Origin: Candidatus Levyibacteriota bacterium
Lineage (GTDB): Bacteria > Patescibacteriota > Microgenomatia > Levybacterales > UBA12049
Reading direction: 5' to 3'
Length of the DNA: 54,181 bases
Assembly (NCBI GenBank): GCA_018061075.1
Contig: JAGOUW010000005.1
Coordinates: 1-54,181 of the forward strand
The position numbers and the translations under genes are program-made. Within the stretch, counting starts at the first letter, position 1. Each line of letters starts with the position of its first letter. The notes under the pieces were generated by a model. That model was not told the origin of the DNA, searched no databases, and saw only the letters and a list, made by a program, of their open reading frames with translations. Positions 19,175 through 29,333 of the stretch are shown here, piece after piece.

Positions 19175-20095
19175 ATGGAAAATAATCCACCCAAAGATCA
19201 AATTCTCCCAAAACCTTTAACTGATCTCCCTCTTCCAGAAAAACAAATCCCTGCACATTTAGCCTCGCAAGGTCAAACTCTGCAAGGCCACGCCTTGCAG
19301 AATAAAACCAAATGGCTAATCCTCCTTCTTGTTCTAGTGGCTGTTACATTGATTGGATTTGCCGGAGGAAAATATTATTTAGATCAGCAAAAATTAAAAG
19401 CTATAAATGACTTCGAAAGCTGTGTGGCTTCAGGAAATCCTATCCAAGAATCATATCCAGCAACTTGCCGAACAACGGATGGCCGAAGCTTTACGCAAGT
19501 ACTTTCTGAAGAAGAACAAAAGAAGCTTTTGCCTCCCGACCCTACAGCAGATTGGCAAACATATACAAATAATATTTATAATTTTAGCTTCAAATATCCT
19601 AGAGAGGGGAAAATTGAAGAGTTTCCACCTGATGCACCAGCACCTGCAGCCATCCTGAGAATTCCTAATACATCTTCAGACCTATTAGTTCATGTTTATG
19701 AAAATTTTAAAACCGTTAATGAGGCTATTAGTTACAAGTTAGATTCAGAAGAAAAAAATCAAATTTATCCCTCGAAATACTCAAGGACAAATTACAATAA
19801 TGGTGTCATAAATGGCGAAAAATTGATTTCAGAAATTAACCCGAACACTATGCATAATTACATTGACGTATATTCACAATTTAATAATAAAATCTATCAT
19901 TCTGAATTTAGATATGATGATTCTGAGGACAGAAAAAAAATGCTACTACTGGCTGATCAAATTCTTTCCACCTTTAAATTCACCAATCAGTCGATAAGTT
20001 GTACACCTAGACCATCTTGCCTAGATACTGAGCCGAGATGTATGATTGCTGAGACTGAAGACATGTGCCCACCGAGCCCAACACCTTCTATTTAA
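19175..20095 (+). CDS. signal-anchored exoprotein (YxFxxP family) with Cys-rich modules
   Basis: TM WLILLLVLVAVTLIGFAGG, then CVASGNPIQESYPATCRTTDGRSF, WQTYTNNIYNFSFKYP, and a C-terminal CTPRPSCLDTEPRCMIAETEDMC. Confidence 0.6.
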   Translation: MENNPPKDQILPKPLTDLPLPEKQIPAHLASQGQTLQGHALQNKTKWLILLLVLVAVTLIGFAGGKYYLDQQKLKAINDFESCVASGNPIQESYPATCRTTDGRSFTQVLSEEEQKKLLPPDPTADWQTYTNNIYNFSFKYPREGKIEEFPPDAPAPAAILRIPNTSSDLLVHVYENFKTVNEAISYKLDSEEKNQIYPSKYSRTNYNNGVINGEKLISEINPNTMHNYIDVYSQFNNKIYHSEFRYDDSEDRKKMLLLADQILSTFKFTNQSISCTPRPSCLDTEPRCMIAETEDMCPPSPTPSI

Positions 20096-20096
20096 T

Positions 20097-20687
20097 ATGG
20101 AAAATCAAAATAATAATCAACTTAATTCTAATCCTAAAAATTTAAAAAAACTTTTAATTCCTATTTTTTTAATTATCATAATTGCGATTGGAGTTCTGGG
20201 ATTTTTAATATTTAATAAAAATAAATCTTCAGATGATCCGCAGTTTATTGATGATAAGGAAAAAGAACAAATCGAGAGGCAGTCAATCCCTGGAGCAAGT
20301 GAGTTTGAAAAAGATGGAATTAGTTTTTCCCACCCTGCTGATTATAAAGTAAACGAGCTTGAAAAAAACTATTATGTAGTTTTTAAAGAAGGAAAAAGTA
20401 TTCCAAGCGAGGCAGGAATAAATATTGATGTAAGAAGAACGGGAGTAAATAAAAGCTACGAACAAGCATTAAAAGCTGGACGGGAAAGCCTAACAGAGCA
20501 AGTCGAAAAAGAAATTCCAGGTGGAGTAAAAATGTTTGGGAAAATTAAAGAAGGATTGGGAGCAGGAATTCCTACTCTTTATGTCTATCTAAAGCATGGC
20601 GACGGCGCTATAAAAGTAGAACATTCAGGAGAAATCTTAAATGAAGCAGTATTTGACCAAGTCGTAAATAGCATTAAAATTAACTGA
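20097..20687 (+). CDS. signal-anchored exoprotein (YxFxxP family)
   Basis: The start was set at MENQNN, 1 nt after the previous stop; the ORF-track start at 20046 overlaps the upstream gene. TM LLIPIFLIIIIAIGVLGFLIF and motif GISFSHPADY. Confidence 0.6.
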   Translation: MENQNNNQLNSNPKNLKKLLIPIFLIIIIAIGVLGFLIFNKNKSSDDPQFIDDKEKEQIERQSIPGASEFEKDGISFSHPADYKVNELEKNYYVVFKEGKSIPSEAGINIDVRRTGVNKSYEQALKAGRESLTEQVEKEIPGGVKMFGKIKEGLGAGIPTLYVYLKHGDGAIKVEHSGEILNEAVFDQVVNSIKIN

Positions 20688-20896
20688 TGGATAATAAAAA
20701 TGATAATCATCCACTAAAAGCTGAGACGGTTCAGGAAGCTTCAAAACCAAACAATAACACCCCAAGCTCGTTTCCCACTCCAGCTCATCCAACTCCCCGA
20801 TTTCTCTCAAGAAAAGGCGCAGTGATCGCACTCGGATTTATAGCTCTTTCATTTCTAGTAGCTTTTATAATTGGTGGATTGTCGCTCGCTAACTAA
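20687..20896 (+). CDS. small C-terminally anchored membrane protein
   Basis: 69 aa. ATGA overlap with the upstream stop. C-terminal TM VIALGFIALSFLVAFIIGGL. Confidence 0.45.
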   Translation: MDNKNDNHPLKAETVQEASKPNNNTPSSFPTPAHPTPRFLSRKGAVIALGFIALSFLVAFIIGGLSLAN

Positions 20897-22905
20897 ACCG
20901 TAGCTGCTTGAGGTTCTGATTTTTTCTTTATATCTTCCAATTTCCATGCAGCGAAGTCACAATTAGGATAATTGCCACAACCATAAAATCTTCTGCCTTT
21001 TTTTGTTTTCTTAATTACAATTTTCCCGCCGTCTTTTGGACAAAGAATATCTGTTTCCTGAGTAAAAGGCGCTGTATATTTACAATCTGGGAATCTGGAA
21101 CATGATAAAAATTTTCCAAAACGGCCTGATCTCACTACAACATCCCCTTCTTTACATGTCGGACACTTTTCCCCAGTTCCTTCAGTCTCGATTTTAACTC
21201 TCTTAGCATCCTTAACTAAACCCAAACTTTTTTCAAATGGTTCATAAAACTCTTTCATTACAGGTACCCATTTTTTTTCTCCATTTGCGATTAAATCTAG
21301 CTCGTCTTCCATATTTGCAGTAAATGGAATATCGTCCACCGTCGAAAAATTCTCTACCAAAAAGTCATTTACTGCTTCCCCAACAGGATTTGGTTTAAAT
21401 CTGCTTTCCTCGCGCTCTATATAACCGCGCGCTTCAATAGTTGAAATAATTGTCGCATAAGTTGAAGGACGCCCAATTCCTTTTTCCTCAAGAGTTTTAA
21501 TAATCGAAGCATCATTATATCTAGGAGGAGGTAAAGTTTCATGAAATTCTGACGCTGAATTTACATAGGTCAAACTCTCACCAGCAACAAATTCCGGTAG
21601 TCTTTTATCCTCAAGAGCCGCAGGATTAATTTTTAAGAATCCTTCAAACACTAAGACAGAACCATTTGCTTTAAGTGTATAAGCGCCTTTTCCTGCGTCA
21701 ACCATTACAACAGTTGACTCTGTAATAGCATCTGCCATTTGAGTAGCTAGTGCTCTCCTCCAAATTAATTCATAAAGCTTCCCAAATTGTGGTCCTAAAT
21801 TACCAGAAACTTCAGCCCCCGTAACCTGAATTTTAGAAGGGCGAATTGCCTCATGAGCTTCCTGAGCATTCTTAGAATTATTTTTATAAAATCTAGGTTT
21901 TTCAGATAAGTATTTTTCTCCAAACTGAGATTTTACATATTCACTCATTTGTTTTTTAGCTGCATCTCCGATAGAGACAGAGTCAGTTCTGTGATATGTA
22001 ATATACCCTTCTTCATATAATTTCTGCGCAACACTCATAGTGCGTTTTCCAGAAAGACCCATTCGACGCGCTCCATCTTGCTGTAAAGTAGAAGTAGTAT
22101 ATGGAGGAGGCGGAGTTCTTCTCATCTGCTTATTTGTAACATCCTTTACGATAAATCCCATCCCCTTCAATTCAGCTTCAATATTTTTAGACTTTTCTTC
22201 TGAATCAATTACAGTTTTTACAAATTTATATTCTCCGTCATAAAGCTCAAGTTTTTGAGATACCTCAATTCTTTTTTCACCAATCTCAATTAGCTCAAAT
22301 GGAGTCTCGTTGCTTCCCTTTTTAAGATTTACAGCAATTGTGTAATATGGTTCTTTCCCAAATTTCTTGATCTCTCTTTCTCTCTCAACTATTAAACGAA
22401 GAGCAACCGACTGAACACGACCCGCTGACAAACCACGACGCACTTTACTCCATAATAATGGCGATAATTTATAACCTACTAATCTATCTAAGATTCTGCG
22501 CGCTGTCTGTGCGTCCACTAAATCTTTATTAATTTTTTTAGGATTTGCTAATGCCTCAGCAATCGCTTCTTTTGTAATTTCATGAAACACAATTCTTTCA
22601 GCATCGGCTTTCCCAATGTTATTTGCGATATGATATGCGATTGCTTCTCCTTCTCGATCCAAATCAGTTGCGAGAATTACGCGAGTAGCATTTTTAGAAG
22701 CGCGTTTTAATTGATCCAAAGTCTTTTTCTTTTCTGCCATTAGTTCATACTGGGGTTCAAAATCTTTCTCTACATCTACTCCTAGAGTAGACTTAGGAAG
22801 ATCATAAATATGACCCATTGAAGCTATAACTTCATAATCTGCGCCCAAAAAACGCCCGATTGTTCTGGCTTTTGTAGGCGATTCGACGATAACTAAGTTT
22901 TTCAT
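20893..22905 (-). CDS. topA: DNA topoisomerase I
   Basis: MKNLVIVESPTKARTIGRFLG (Toprim), the active-site region ITYHRTDS, and C-terminal CxxC zinc ribbons. Confidence 0.95.
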   Translation of the reverse strand: MKNLVIVESPTKARTIGRFLGADYEVIASMGHIYDLPKSTLGVDVEKDFEPQYELMAEKKKTLDQLKRASKNATRVILATDLDREGEAIAYHIANNIGKADAERIVFHEITKEAIAEALANPKKINKDLVDAQTARRILDRLVGYKLSPLLWSKVRRGLSAGRVQSVALRLIVEREREIKKFGKEPYYTIAVNLKKGSNETPFELIEIGEKRIEVSQKLELYDGEYKFVKTVIDSEEKSKNIEAELKGMGFIVKDVTNKQMRRTPPPPYTTSTLQQDGARRMGLSGKRTMSVAQKLYEEGYITYHRTDSVSIGDAAKKQMSEYVKSQFGEKYLSEKPRFYKNNSKNAQEAHEAIRPSKIQVTGAEVSGNLGPQFGKLYELIWRRALATQMADAITESTVVMVDAGKGAYTLKANGSVLVFEGFLKINPAALEDKRLPEFVAGESLTYVNSASEFHETLPPPRYNDASIIKTLEEKGIGRPSTYATIISTIEARGYIEREESRFKPNPVGEAVNDFLVENFSTVDDIPFTANMEDELDLIANGEKKWVPVMKEFYEPFEKSLGLVKDAKRVKIETEGTGEKCPTCKEGDVVVRSGRFGKFLSCSRFPDCKYTAPFTQETDILCPKDGGKIVIKKTKKGRRFYGCGNYPNCDFAAWKLEDIKKKSEPQAATV

Positions 22906-22953
22906 AATATTACAGTGTAGTTTAAATCATACCATCCCTGTCAAGTAAAAGTG

Positions 22954-22982
22954 ATTGACAGGTTACAAATCTTTTGAAATAC
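22954..22982 (+). promoter_or_regulatory. promoter TTGACA-17-AATACT
   Basis: Lies 15 nt before the ATG at 22997. The ORF-track start at 22955 falls inside the -35 hexamer, so it is rejected. Confidence 0.55.
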
Positions 22983-22996
22983 TACGCGTCAAGAAT

Positions 22997-23614
22997 ATGG
23001 ATAAATCTTTAATTAAAAAAATATTAATTTTCGTAGGAATTGTTGTGGTATTTGGATTATTTCAAATATTAACTCAACCAAAAATTCCAAACCAATCTCA
23101 GAATAAAAACACAAAAATTATTACAGAAAACAGAATAAATAGTGTGTCTGAATTTCCAACACCTACTCCAGATCCAACTACAAACTACTGGAAAGAAATA
23201 AAAAGTGAAAAATTTGGTTTTTCTTTCAGACAACCCAATCATTTAATAAATCCTGAAATTTTTGACTACACAAAAGACAATAGATCTGATAATTTAATTG
23301 CATCTACTAGATCGTGCACTCATGTAAATTACTGTTTATTCTCCGTAGATGTTTCTAATGGCACTCCTGAAGAATCTCTTGATCAGATAAAATTAAAGTG
23401 GGCATACAACTATTACAATGTTATCCAATCTCAGGATAAGATTATTAGTGATTTTGGAGTTCCAGGAATAAAGCTGACAGTTGAATATCCAAAACAAGAA
23501 GCACATCCCTATATGTACTACATATTTAATAAAAATAACAAAACCTATACTCTAGAAGTCTACGGACATGAAGAATTTGCAAATAAAATCTATACCACTT
23601 TTAGAATAAACTGA
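22997..23614 (+). CDS. signal-anchored exoprotein (YxFxxP family)
   Basis: MDKSLIKKILIFVGIVVVFGLF is the TM, followed by the motif KFGFSFRQPNH. Confidence 0.55.
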   Translation: MDKSLIKKILIFVGIVVVFGLFQILTQPKIPNQSQNKNTKIITENRINSVSEFPTPTPDPTTNYWKEIKSEKFGFSFRQPNHLINPEIFDYTKDNRSDNLIASTRSCTHVNYCLFSVDVSNGTPEESLDQIKLKWAYNYYNVIQSQDKIISDFGVPGIKLTVEYPKQEAHPYMYYIFNKNNKTYTLEVYGHEEFANKIYTTFRIN

Positions 23615-24704
23615 TTACTGAATAATTTCCCCCTAAGTTTTTAATTAATCCTTTAATTTCCATCATAGATAAAATAGTTCCTACTTTTGAAGAATCCAAT
23701 TTTAAACGCCTGACTATCTCATCAAACTGCAAGCTCTCATTTTCAACAAGTTCAATTATTTTCTTTTCTTCGTTAGTTAAACCTGCAAATGTTTTTTTGT
23801 TCTTAGGAAGTTCTGATGGCTTGATTCCCAATTCTTTTATTATGTCTTCTGGGCCTACCACTAACTTTGCTCCTTTTTCAATTAGGCGAAGTGGTGCTGC
23901 GGACAAACTTGAAGTAATGGGACCTGGAACAGCGAAAACTTTCCTACCAAATTCGAGGCCAAAATTTGCGGTGATCAAACTTCCGGAATCTGAAGCACCC
24001 TCTGTAACTAAAATACCATCTGACAAACCTGCCACAATCCGATTTCTAGCGGGAAAGCTTCCTACACTTGGCTCCTGTCCAGGCGGATATTCAGAAATTA
24101 TCGCTCCATTCCCTCCTAAAATTCTGTCATAAATTTTTTGGTTTTCGCGAGGGAAACAAATATCTACTCCGTTTCCAAGTACTGCAATTGTGATTCCGTG
24201 AGAGTCCAAACTTGCAGTGTGAGCGACACCATCCACTCCAATCGCAAGCCCTGAAACGATGATCAAACCCTGAGATGCCAGTTCAGAAGCAAACATTTCA
24301 GTAATACTTCTTCCATAATTCGTGATCTTTCTAGTACCTACCACTGCTAATAATTTTTGCTCAAGATTAAAGTCTACTTTCCCTTTTGAGTACAAAACTA
24401 TTGGAGGGTTTTTTATTTTTTTCAGACGCGTTGGGTATTCTTTTTCATGCAGGCAAACAAAATTGATTTTTTGCTTAACCAAACCTTCTTCATATTTTTC
24501 AATATCAAATTCTTTTCTGAAAGTTTCAAATTTAGAAATCAAACTTTTCCCGGCAACCTCCCCAAACTCTTTAGGATCAGATTTCCATGCTAATTCCGCC
24601 GAACCAAAATATTTTAATAATTTCTCAAACTTAATAGGACCTACTCCCGGAAAATTAGAAAATCCTAAATAAAATTTCCCTTCGTTTGACATTCCTATTC
24701 TCAA
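23601..24704 (-). CDS. dprA: DNA processing protein DprA (Smf)
   Basis: GLAIGVDGVAH, FPARNRIVAGLS and a C-terminal winged-helix tail. A start at the internal ATG (24692) is also possible. Confidence 0.9.
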   Translation of the reverse strand: MRIGMSNEGKFYLGFSNFPGVGPIKFEKLLKYFGSAELAWKSDPKEFGEVAGKSLISKFETFRKEFDIEKYEEGLVKQKINFVCLHEKEYPTRLKKIKNPPIVLYSKGKVDFNLEQKLLAVVGTRKITNYGRSITEMFASELASQGLIIVSGLAIGVDGVAHTASLDSHGITIAVLGNGVDICFPRENQKIYDRILGGNGAIISEYPPGQEPSVGSFPARNRIVAGLSDGILVTEGASDSGSLITANFGLEFGRKVFAVPGPITSSLSAAPLRLIEKGAKLVVGPEDIIKELGIKPSELPKNKKTFAGLTNEEKKIIELVENESLQFDEIVRRLKLDSSKVGTILSMMEIKGLIKNLGGNYSVISLF

Positions 24705-24712
24705 TGTATAAA

Positions 24713-26356
24713 ATGCGGAGCCTTATGACAATATCAAAGAAAATTTTAATAATTTTTCTTTTTGCGGTTTTCTCAGTAGGCTTTGGAATATCTGCCACTA
24801 AGGCAAATTCTCAAAGTACACCAGAGCTAGAACCAGAGCCATATTCATATACTAGCGAGAACCCTGAAGATGAACTTAGCTATGAACCAGTACTTGAACC
24901 AATGGAGCCTCAAGCGTCAAACAACCCTACGGCAATAGAAAACCAAAATCCCGGAAGCGATAACTGGATTTTAAATAAAAATGGATTTAAATCTTCAGAT
25001 GACTCAAATAACCAAATAAAAGGTTACGCGAACAAGACTAGTGTAAATAAAGGAAATTCAATCGATTTTAAAGTAACTGTTAACCCAGCTCAGAATTTTA
25101 GAATGGAAATCTACAGAATCGGCTGGTATCAAGGTCTGGGAGGCAGACTCATGAAATCCGTTGGGCCAATTTCCGGCATAAAACAATCAGGATGCCCAAT
25201 GGATTCTAAGGGTATGGTCGAGTGCAAATGGACAACTTCATACACATTAAACGTTCCCGATGATTGGGTAAGCGGCGCATATCTTGTTAAGTTAATGAAT
25301 AATAGAGGCTATTCAAATTGGATAAACTTTACACTGAGAGAAGACGAAAGGCACTCAGATATTTTATTTCAAAACTCAGTAAACACCTGGCAAGCATATA
25401 ATAGTTGGGGCGGAAGAAGTTTTTATACGAGCCCTGCTGCAGTAAAAATTTCATTCGATAGACCTTATGTAAAGTCAGGGTCAAGACTCACCAGCTGGGA
25501 ACTTAACATGATTCATTTCTTAGAAAAAAATGGATATGATGTGACCTACAATACAAATGTTGACACTGACACGAGTCCCGGAAAATTACTAAATCACAAA
25601 GCATTCTTGTCCGTAGGACATGATGAATACTGGACATGGGAAATGCGGGATTCTGTAGAAAATGCTATAAAAAATGGAACAAATGTAGCCTTTTTTGGAG
25701 GAAATGATGCATATTGGCAAGTAAGATATGAAAAATCTTCAACTGGGGCTGCGAACCGAGTACTTGTAGGATACAAATATAAATACCAGAGTGATCCATA
25801 TTACTCTTCAAAGGACCCTGAAAAAAGAAAAAGGACAACCGGACAATTCAGATATTCCGTAAGTGGCCGACCAGAACAAAAAATGATTGGAACTATGTAC
25901 GGAAGAAATCTTGGAACTCATGATAATAATCTTCCCTGGACTGTTCAGAATGAAAATCACTGGGTATATGCCGGAACAGATCTAAAAAACGGAGATAAAA
26001 TTCCAAATGTTTATGGATATGAATATAACACTATTTATTCTGGCTATCCGAAAGCAAATGGCGGCACCTATACTGTTCTTTCAAAAACCAATAGCTCTCC
26101 AGACGCATACTCTACTATTTATAAAGCACCAAGCGGCGCATTTGTTTTCTCTGCAGGTACTACTGACTGGACTTGGTTACTTGATAAAAGAAAAACTTAT
26201 AATTTTATAAACCCTAAAGCTCAACAAATCACAAAAAATATTTTAAATAAATTTATTGGATTTACGCCAACTCCTACCCTAACTCCAGCTCAAACTTTAA
26301 CTCCAAGCCCAACTCTTACCCCAACACAAACCCCGAATCCCATCCTAACTCCTTAG
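24713..26356 (+). CDS. secreted protein resembling the N,N-dimethylformamidase large-subunit-like family, with a Thr/Pro-rich C-terminal tail
   Basis: A signal peptide is followed by IDFKVTV...MEIYRIGWYQGLGGR...NTWQAYNSWGG...VGHDEYWTWEMRD...FFGGNDAYWQVRYE. The family assignment is from memory only. The start is ambiguous (24686, 24713 or 24725). Confidence 0.45.
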   Translation: MRSLMTISKKILIIFLFAVFSVGFGISATKANSQSTPELEPEPYSYTSENPEDELSYEPVLEPMEPQASNNPTAIENQNPGSDNWILNKNGFKSSDDSNNQIKGYANKTSVNKGNSIDFKVTVNPAQNFRMEIYRIGWYQGLGGRLMKSVGPISGIKQSGCPMDSKGMVECKWTTSYTLNVPDDWVSGAYLVKLMNNRGYSNWINFTLREDERHSDILFQNSVNTWQAYNSWGGRSFYTSPAAVKISFDRPYVKSGSRLTSWELNMIHFLEKNGYDVTYNTNVDTDTSPGKLLNHKAFLSVGHDEYWTWEMRDSVENAIKNGTNVAFFGGNDAYWQVRYEKSSTGAANRVLVGYKYKYQSDPYYSSKDPEKRKRTTGQFRYSVSGRPEQKMIGTMYGRNLGTHDNNLPWTVQNENHWVYAGTDLKNGDKIPNVYGYEYNTIYSGYPKANGGTYTVLSKTNSSPDAYSTIYKAPSGAFVFSAGTTDWTWLLDKRKTYNFINPKAQQITKNILNKFIGFTPTPTLTPAQTLTPSPTLTPTQTPNPILTP

Positions 26357-26357
26357 A

Positions 26358-28133
26358 TTATTTACTAAAAAATTCCTCTAAAACTTCTTTTGCGATTGGG
26401 GCGGCTTCATTAGATCCCTCTCCTGATTCTTCATTAAGAACTGTTACTACGATTTGTGGATCATAAGCAGGAGCAAAAAGAGTTATCCAAGCATGAGGTA
26501 GAGTTTTTTCTCCACCGTGCTGCGCGGTTCCTGTTTTACATGCAACAGTTATTTGGCGCATATCAGCTGAGCCGGTCGCGACCTTTAAAATATTTTTGCC
26601 ATCAATTTTAAGATCTGCATTTTTAACTTTAAAATCGAATAAAGGATATGCGACTCCAGATGGCGCACATGAAGCAATCATTCCTTCCCTTATCGGATCT
26701 ATTGTTTTTTTAGAAATAAATTTTTCATTAATTTTCTTATTCCCTAAATCTTTTAAGATATGCGGACGATATAACGAACCACCTGCAGCGATAGCCTGAG
26801 TCCAGGAATTTACAGAAAGAGGAGTTGAGAGTAAATAACCCTGACCGATTCCATAATGATAAGTATCTCCCAAATACCACGGCTCTCCAATATTTTCTTT
26901 TTTCCAAGCATCAGTTGGAACTAATCCTGAAATCTCGCCTCCCAAATCAATGCCGAGAACTTTATCAATTCCAAACTCCCGAGCCATATTAGAAAGCTTA
27001 ACGTGTCCTATTTTTTCCGCTAATTTATAAAAGAAAATGTCGTTTGACCTTGCAATTCCCTTAACCACATTCACATCCCCATCCGTTCTTCCGTAATTAG
27101 TAAAATACCAATTAGCAAACGAGAATTCTCCAATTTTTACAATTCCTGTATCTTTTACAGAATAATTTATGTCAATTGTATTATCTTCTAAGCCTGCTGC
27201 TGCTGTGATTAATTTAAAAGTAGAACCTGGCGGATAAAGTCCAGATATTGCGCGGTTTAAAAATGGCTGAGTTGTAGAATCCATCAAAACCTCAGTAACA
27301 TTTTTATAGGTGCTCGCTCCGGAAACCTTATAATCCTTTCCTTGTGTAAAAAGATTTGGATCAAATGAAGGCTTAGAAACTAAAGCCAATACTTGCCCAT
27401 CCGGAGTTGTAGCAATCACCGCTCCTCTTTTAGCTTTGCTCATGGCGTTATATGCTCTTTTTTGTAGATCGCGATCAATAGTTAAAGTTATATTTCTCCC
27501 AGGAATCGGATCTGTTTCACCAAGTTTTCTGACAACTTGTCCCTGACTGTCAATTTCCGCAAGTTGTTTTCCGTCCATTCCTTTTAAGAAGCTTTCATAT
27601 TCCCTTTCAATTCCATTTTTTCCAACTACATCTCCTGATTTATACCCTGCGTATTTACTTGTCCCAAGCTCATACTCAGAAACTTGACCCAAATATCCCA
27701 AAACATGAGCCATTGAATCTTTTTCCGGATAAAGCCTGAGCGAGTCAATTTCCAGATTTTTTTCACCTTTTGCGATTAGATCAATTGCCTCATCCTGACC
27801 GATTAGTTTTGTTTTTCCATCAGTTACCTGTCTAAATCCAGGAACATTAAAAACCAGTGGTTTTCCATTTCTATCAAAAATTACCCCACGAGGTGCGTGA
27901 ATAACTATGGTTTTTATGCGATTTGTGTCAGAAAGAGTTCTGTAATAACTTCCCTGAACCACCTGAACAAAAAAAAGCCTGAAAATCACAATTGAAATTG
28001 CGACGATTAAGATTACGGGAATTAAATAAAATCTTGCTTCCCTAGGAGAACCGTGGTCGTGGTAATTTCCCCGTCTTTTTATTTTTTCTGTCGATATGAA
28101 TTCGCCAAAAATTGGGCTGATTTTTTTGTCCAT
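26358..28133 (-). CDS. mrdA: penicillin-binding protein 2 (elongasome transpeptidase)
   Basis: N-terminal TM, STFK, SND and KTGT motifs, and a position directly after mreD. Confidence 0.9.
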   Translation of the reverse strand: MDKKISPIFGEFISTEKIKRRGNYHDHGSPREARFYLIPVILIVAISIVIFRLFFVQVVQGSYYRTLSDTNRIKTIVIHAPRGVIFDRNGKPLVFNVPGFRQVTDGKTKLIGQDEAIDLIAKGEKNLEIDSLRLYPEKDSMAHVLGYLGQVSEYELGTSKYAGYKSGDVVGKNGIEREYESFLKGMDGKQLAEIDSQGQVVRKLGETDPIPGRNITLTIDRDLQKRAYNAMSKAKRGAVIATTPDGQVLALVSKPSFDPNLFTQGKDYKVSGASTYKNVTEVLMDSTTQPFLNRAISGLYPPGSTFKLITAAAGLEDNTIDINYSVKDTGIVKIGEFSFANWYFTNYGRTDGDVNVVKGIARSNDIFFYKLAEKIGHVKLSNMAREFGIDKVLGIDLGGEISGLVPTDAWKKENIGEPWYLGDTYHYGIGQGYLLSTPLSVNSWTQAIAAGGSLYRPHILKDLGNKKINEKFISKKTIDPIREGMIASCAPSGVAYPLFDFKVKNADLKIDGKNILKVATGSADMRQITVACKTGTAQHGGEKTLPHAWITLFAPAYDPQIVVTVLNEESGEGSNEAAPIAKEVLEEFFSK

Positions 28134-28135
28134 AA

Positions 28136-28549
28136 TTAAACATACTTGGGAGCTTTTTTAATTGTTTTTTTGAAAATAAAAAATGACATAAACATTATAA
28201 AAGTCGCGAGCATCGCCTGCGGAATTAGGTTACTAGAACTTGTTAAGAATAAATAAATAACGGACCCTGAAAAAGAAGAAATAGTAATAAAACTTAATGA
28301 CTCAATTTCAAACTTTTTTTGATAAAGAAATATTAACATTACAAATAATACAAAAAATGCACTCGTAAGTCCAATTGTCCCAAGAGTTAAAATATCTAAT
28401 AATAAACCTGATAAAAATGCGAGATAAAAAACATCATTATTCTTAAAAATAACTGCAGTAAAAATAATAATTAAAAGAGTAAGAGGAACTGTAATAATAG
28501 TCGACTCCAAAAAAATTGAAATTAAGAGTAAAAGGGCAATTAAATTCAT
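28136..28549 (-). CDS. mreD: rod shape-determining protein MreD
   Basis: 137-aa polytopic protein located between mreC and PBP2. Confidence 0.7.
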   Translation of the reverse strand: MNLIALLLLISIFLESTIITVPLTLLIIIFTAVIFKNNDVFYLAFLSGLLLDILTLGTIGLTSAFFVLFVMLIFLYQKKFEIESLSFITISSFSGSVIYLFLTSSSNLIPQAMLATFIMFMSFFIFKKTIKKAPKYV

Positions 28550-29331
28550 CTTAATATAAAAACTGTTTTTAAATTTGTAAAATCCACAAAACTTTTAACT
28601 TTTGCTTTTTGAAATAAATCACTAGATTTTTTTTCTACACTTATAATTTTCCCAACAATTAAATCCGGCGCATATCCAACTCCGTTTTCATTTTTATCTC
28701 CTTTTGTTAAAACTAAATCATCTTTTTTTATTGTTAAAGTAAGCAGAACATTTTCAAAATTCATCTCATCCCCCTGGCCCTTTACTACACCAGTCGCTTC
28801 AGCTCCATCCAAAGAAGCCACTTTTGCAGTAAACGAAGAATTTTTATTATTAAGAAGCTCTACTTTAGAAAAATCTGGTTTTGCATCAATTACTTTTCCT
28901 ATCAGATAATTTTCTATAACTATAGTACTTCCATTCTTAACTCCAGAATTCAGACCTTTATCTAAAATCAAATATTCAGGTAAACTTTTTCCAGGGATAA
29001 ATCCGGGAAAACCTACCACTCTTGCGGGTAATAAATCCAAACTTTTAGCCTCAGATTTTGCAAACTGATCCTTAAGTGCTTCATTTTCCAATATCAAATT
29101 TTGCCTATCAGATAACTCCTTTTTTAGTTTTGCATTTTCTGAATTTAAATCTCTTATGTTTTTGTTTTGGTAACCGAAAATATTTAACGCTCCGGATTTA
29201 ACAGGTGCTGCTCCTCTGTTTGCAATTGAAACAAACCCATCAAGTATTCCAAATTTTCCAATAAAAATAAGAAGTAGACTTATCGTAAAAAAAACCAAAA
29301 AAAATGGAACAAATGAATTTCTTTTCTGCAT
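28546..29331 (-). CDS. mreC: rod shape-determining protein MreC
   Basis: N-terminal TM, a coiled coil (LKKELSDRQNLILENEALKDQ) and beta-rich repeats. It follows mreB. Confidence 0.85.
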   Translation of the reverse strand: MQKRNSFVPFFLVFFTISLLLIFIGKFGILDGFVSIANRGAAPVKSGALNIFGYQNKNIRDLNSENAKLKKELSDRQNLILENEALKDQFAKSEAKSLDLLPARVVGFPGFIPGKSLPEYLILDKGLNSGVKNGSTIVIENYLIGKVIDAKPDFSKVELLNNKNSSFTAKVASLDGAEATGVVKGQGDEMNFENVLLTLTIKKDDLVLTKGDKNENGVGYAPDLIVGKIISVEKKSSDLFQKAKVKSFVDFTNLKTVFILR

Positions 29332-29333
29332 GA

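Noticed and set aside
20893-24704. dprA-topA synteny interrupted by a plus-strand exoprotein gene, as a possible mobile insertion
   Set aside because: The inserted gene has no flanking repeats or mobility gene, and it belongs to the resident paralog family. This is not distinctive enough to report as a finding.
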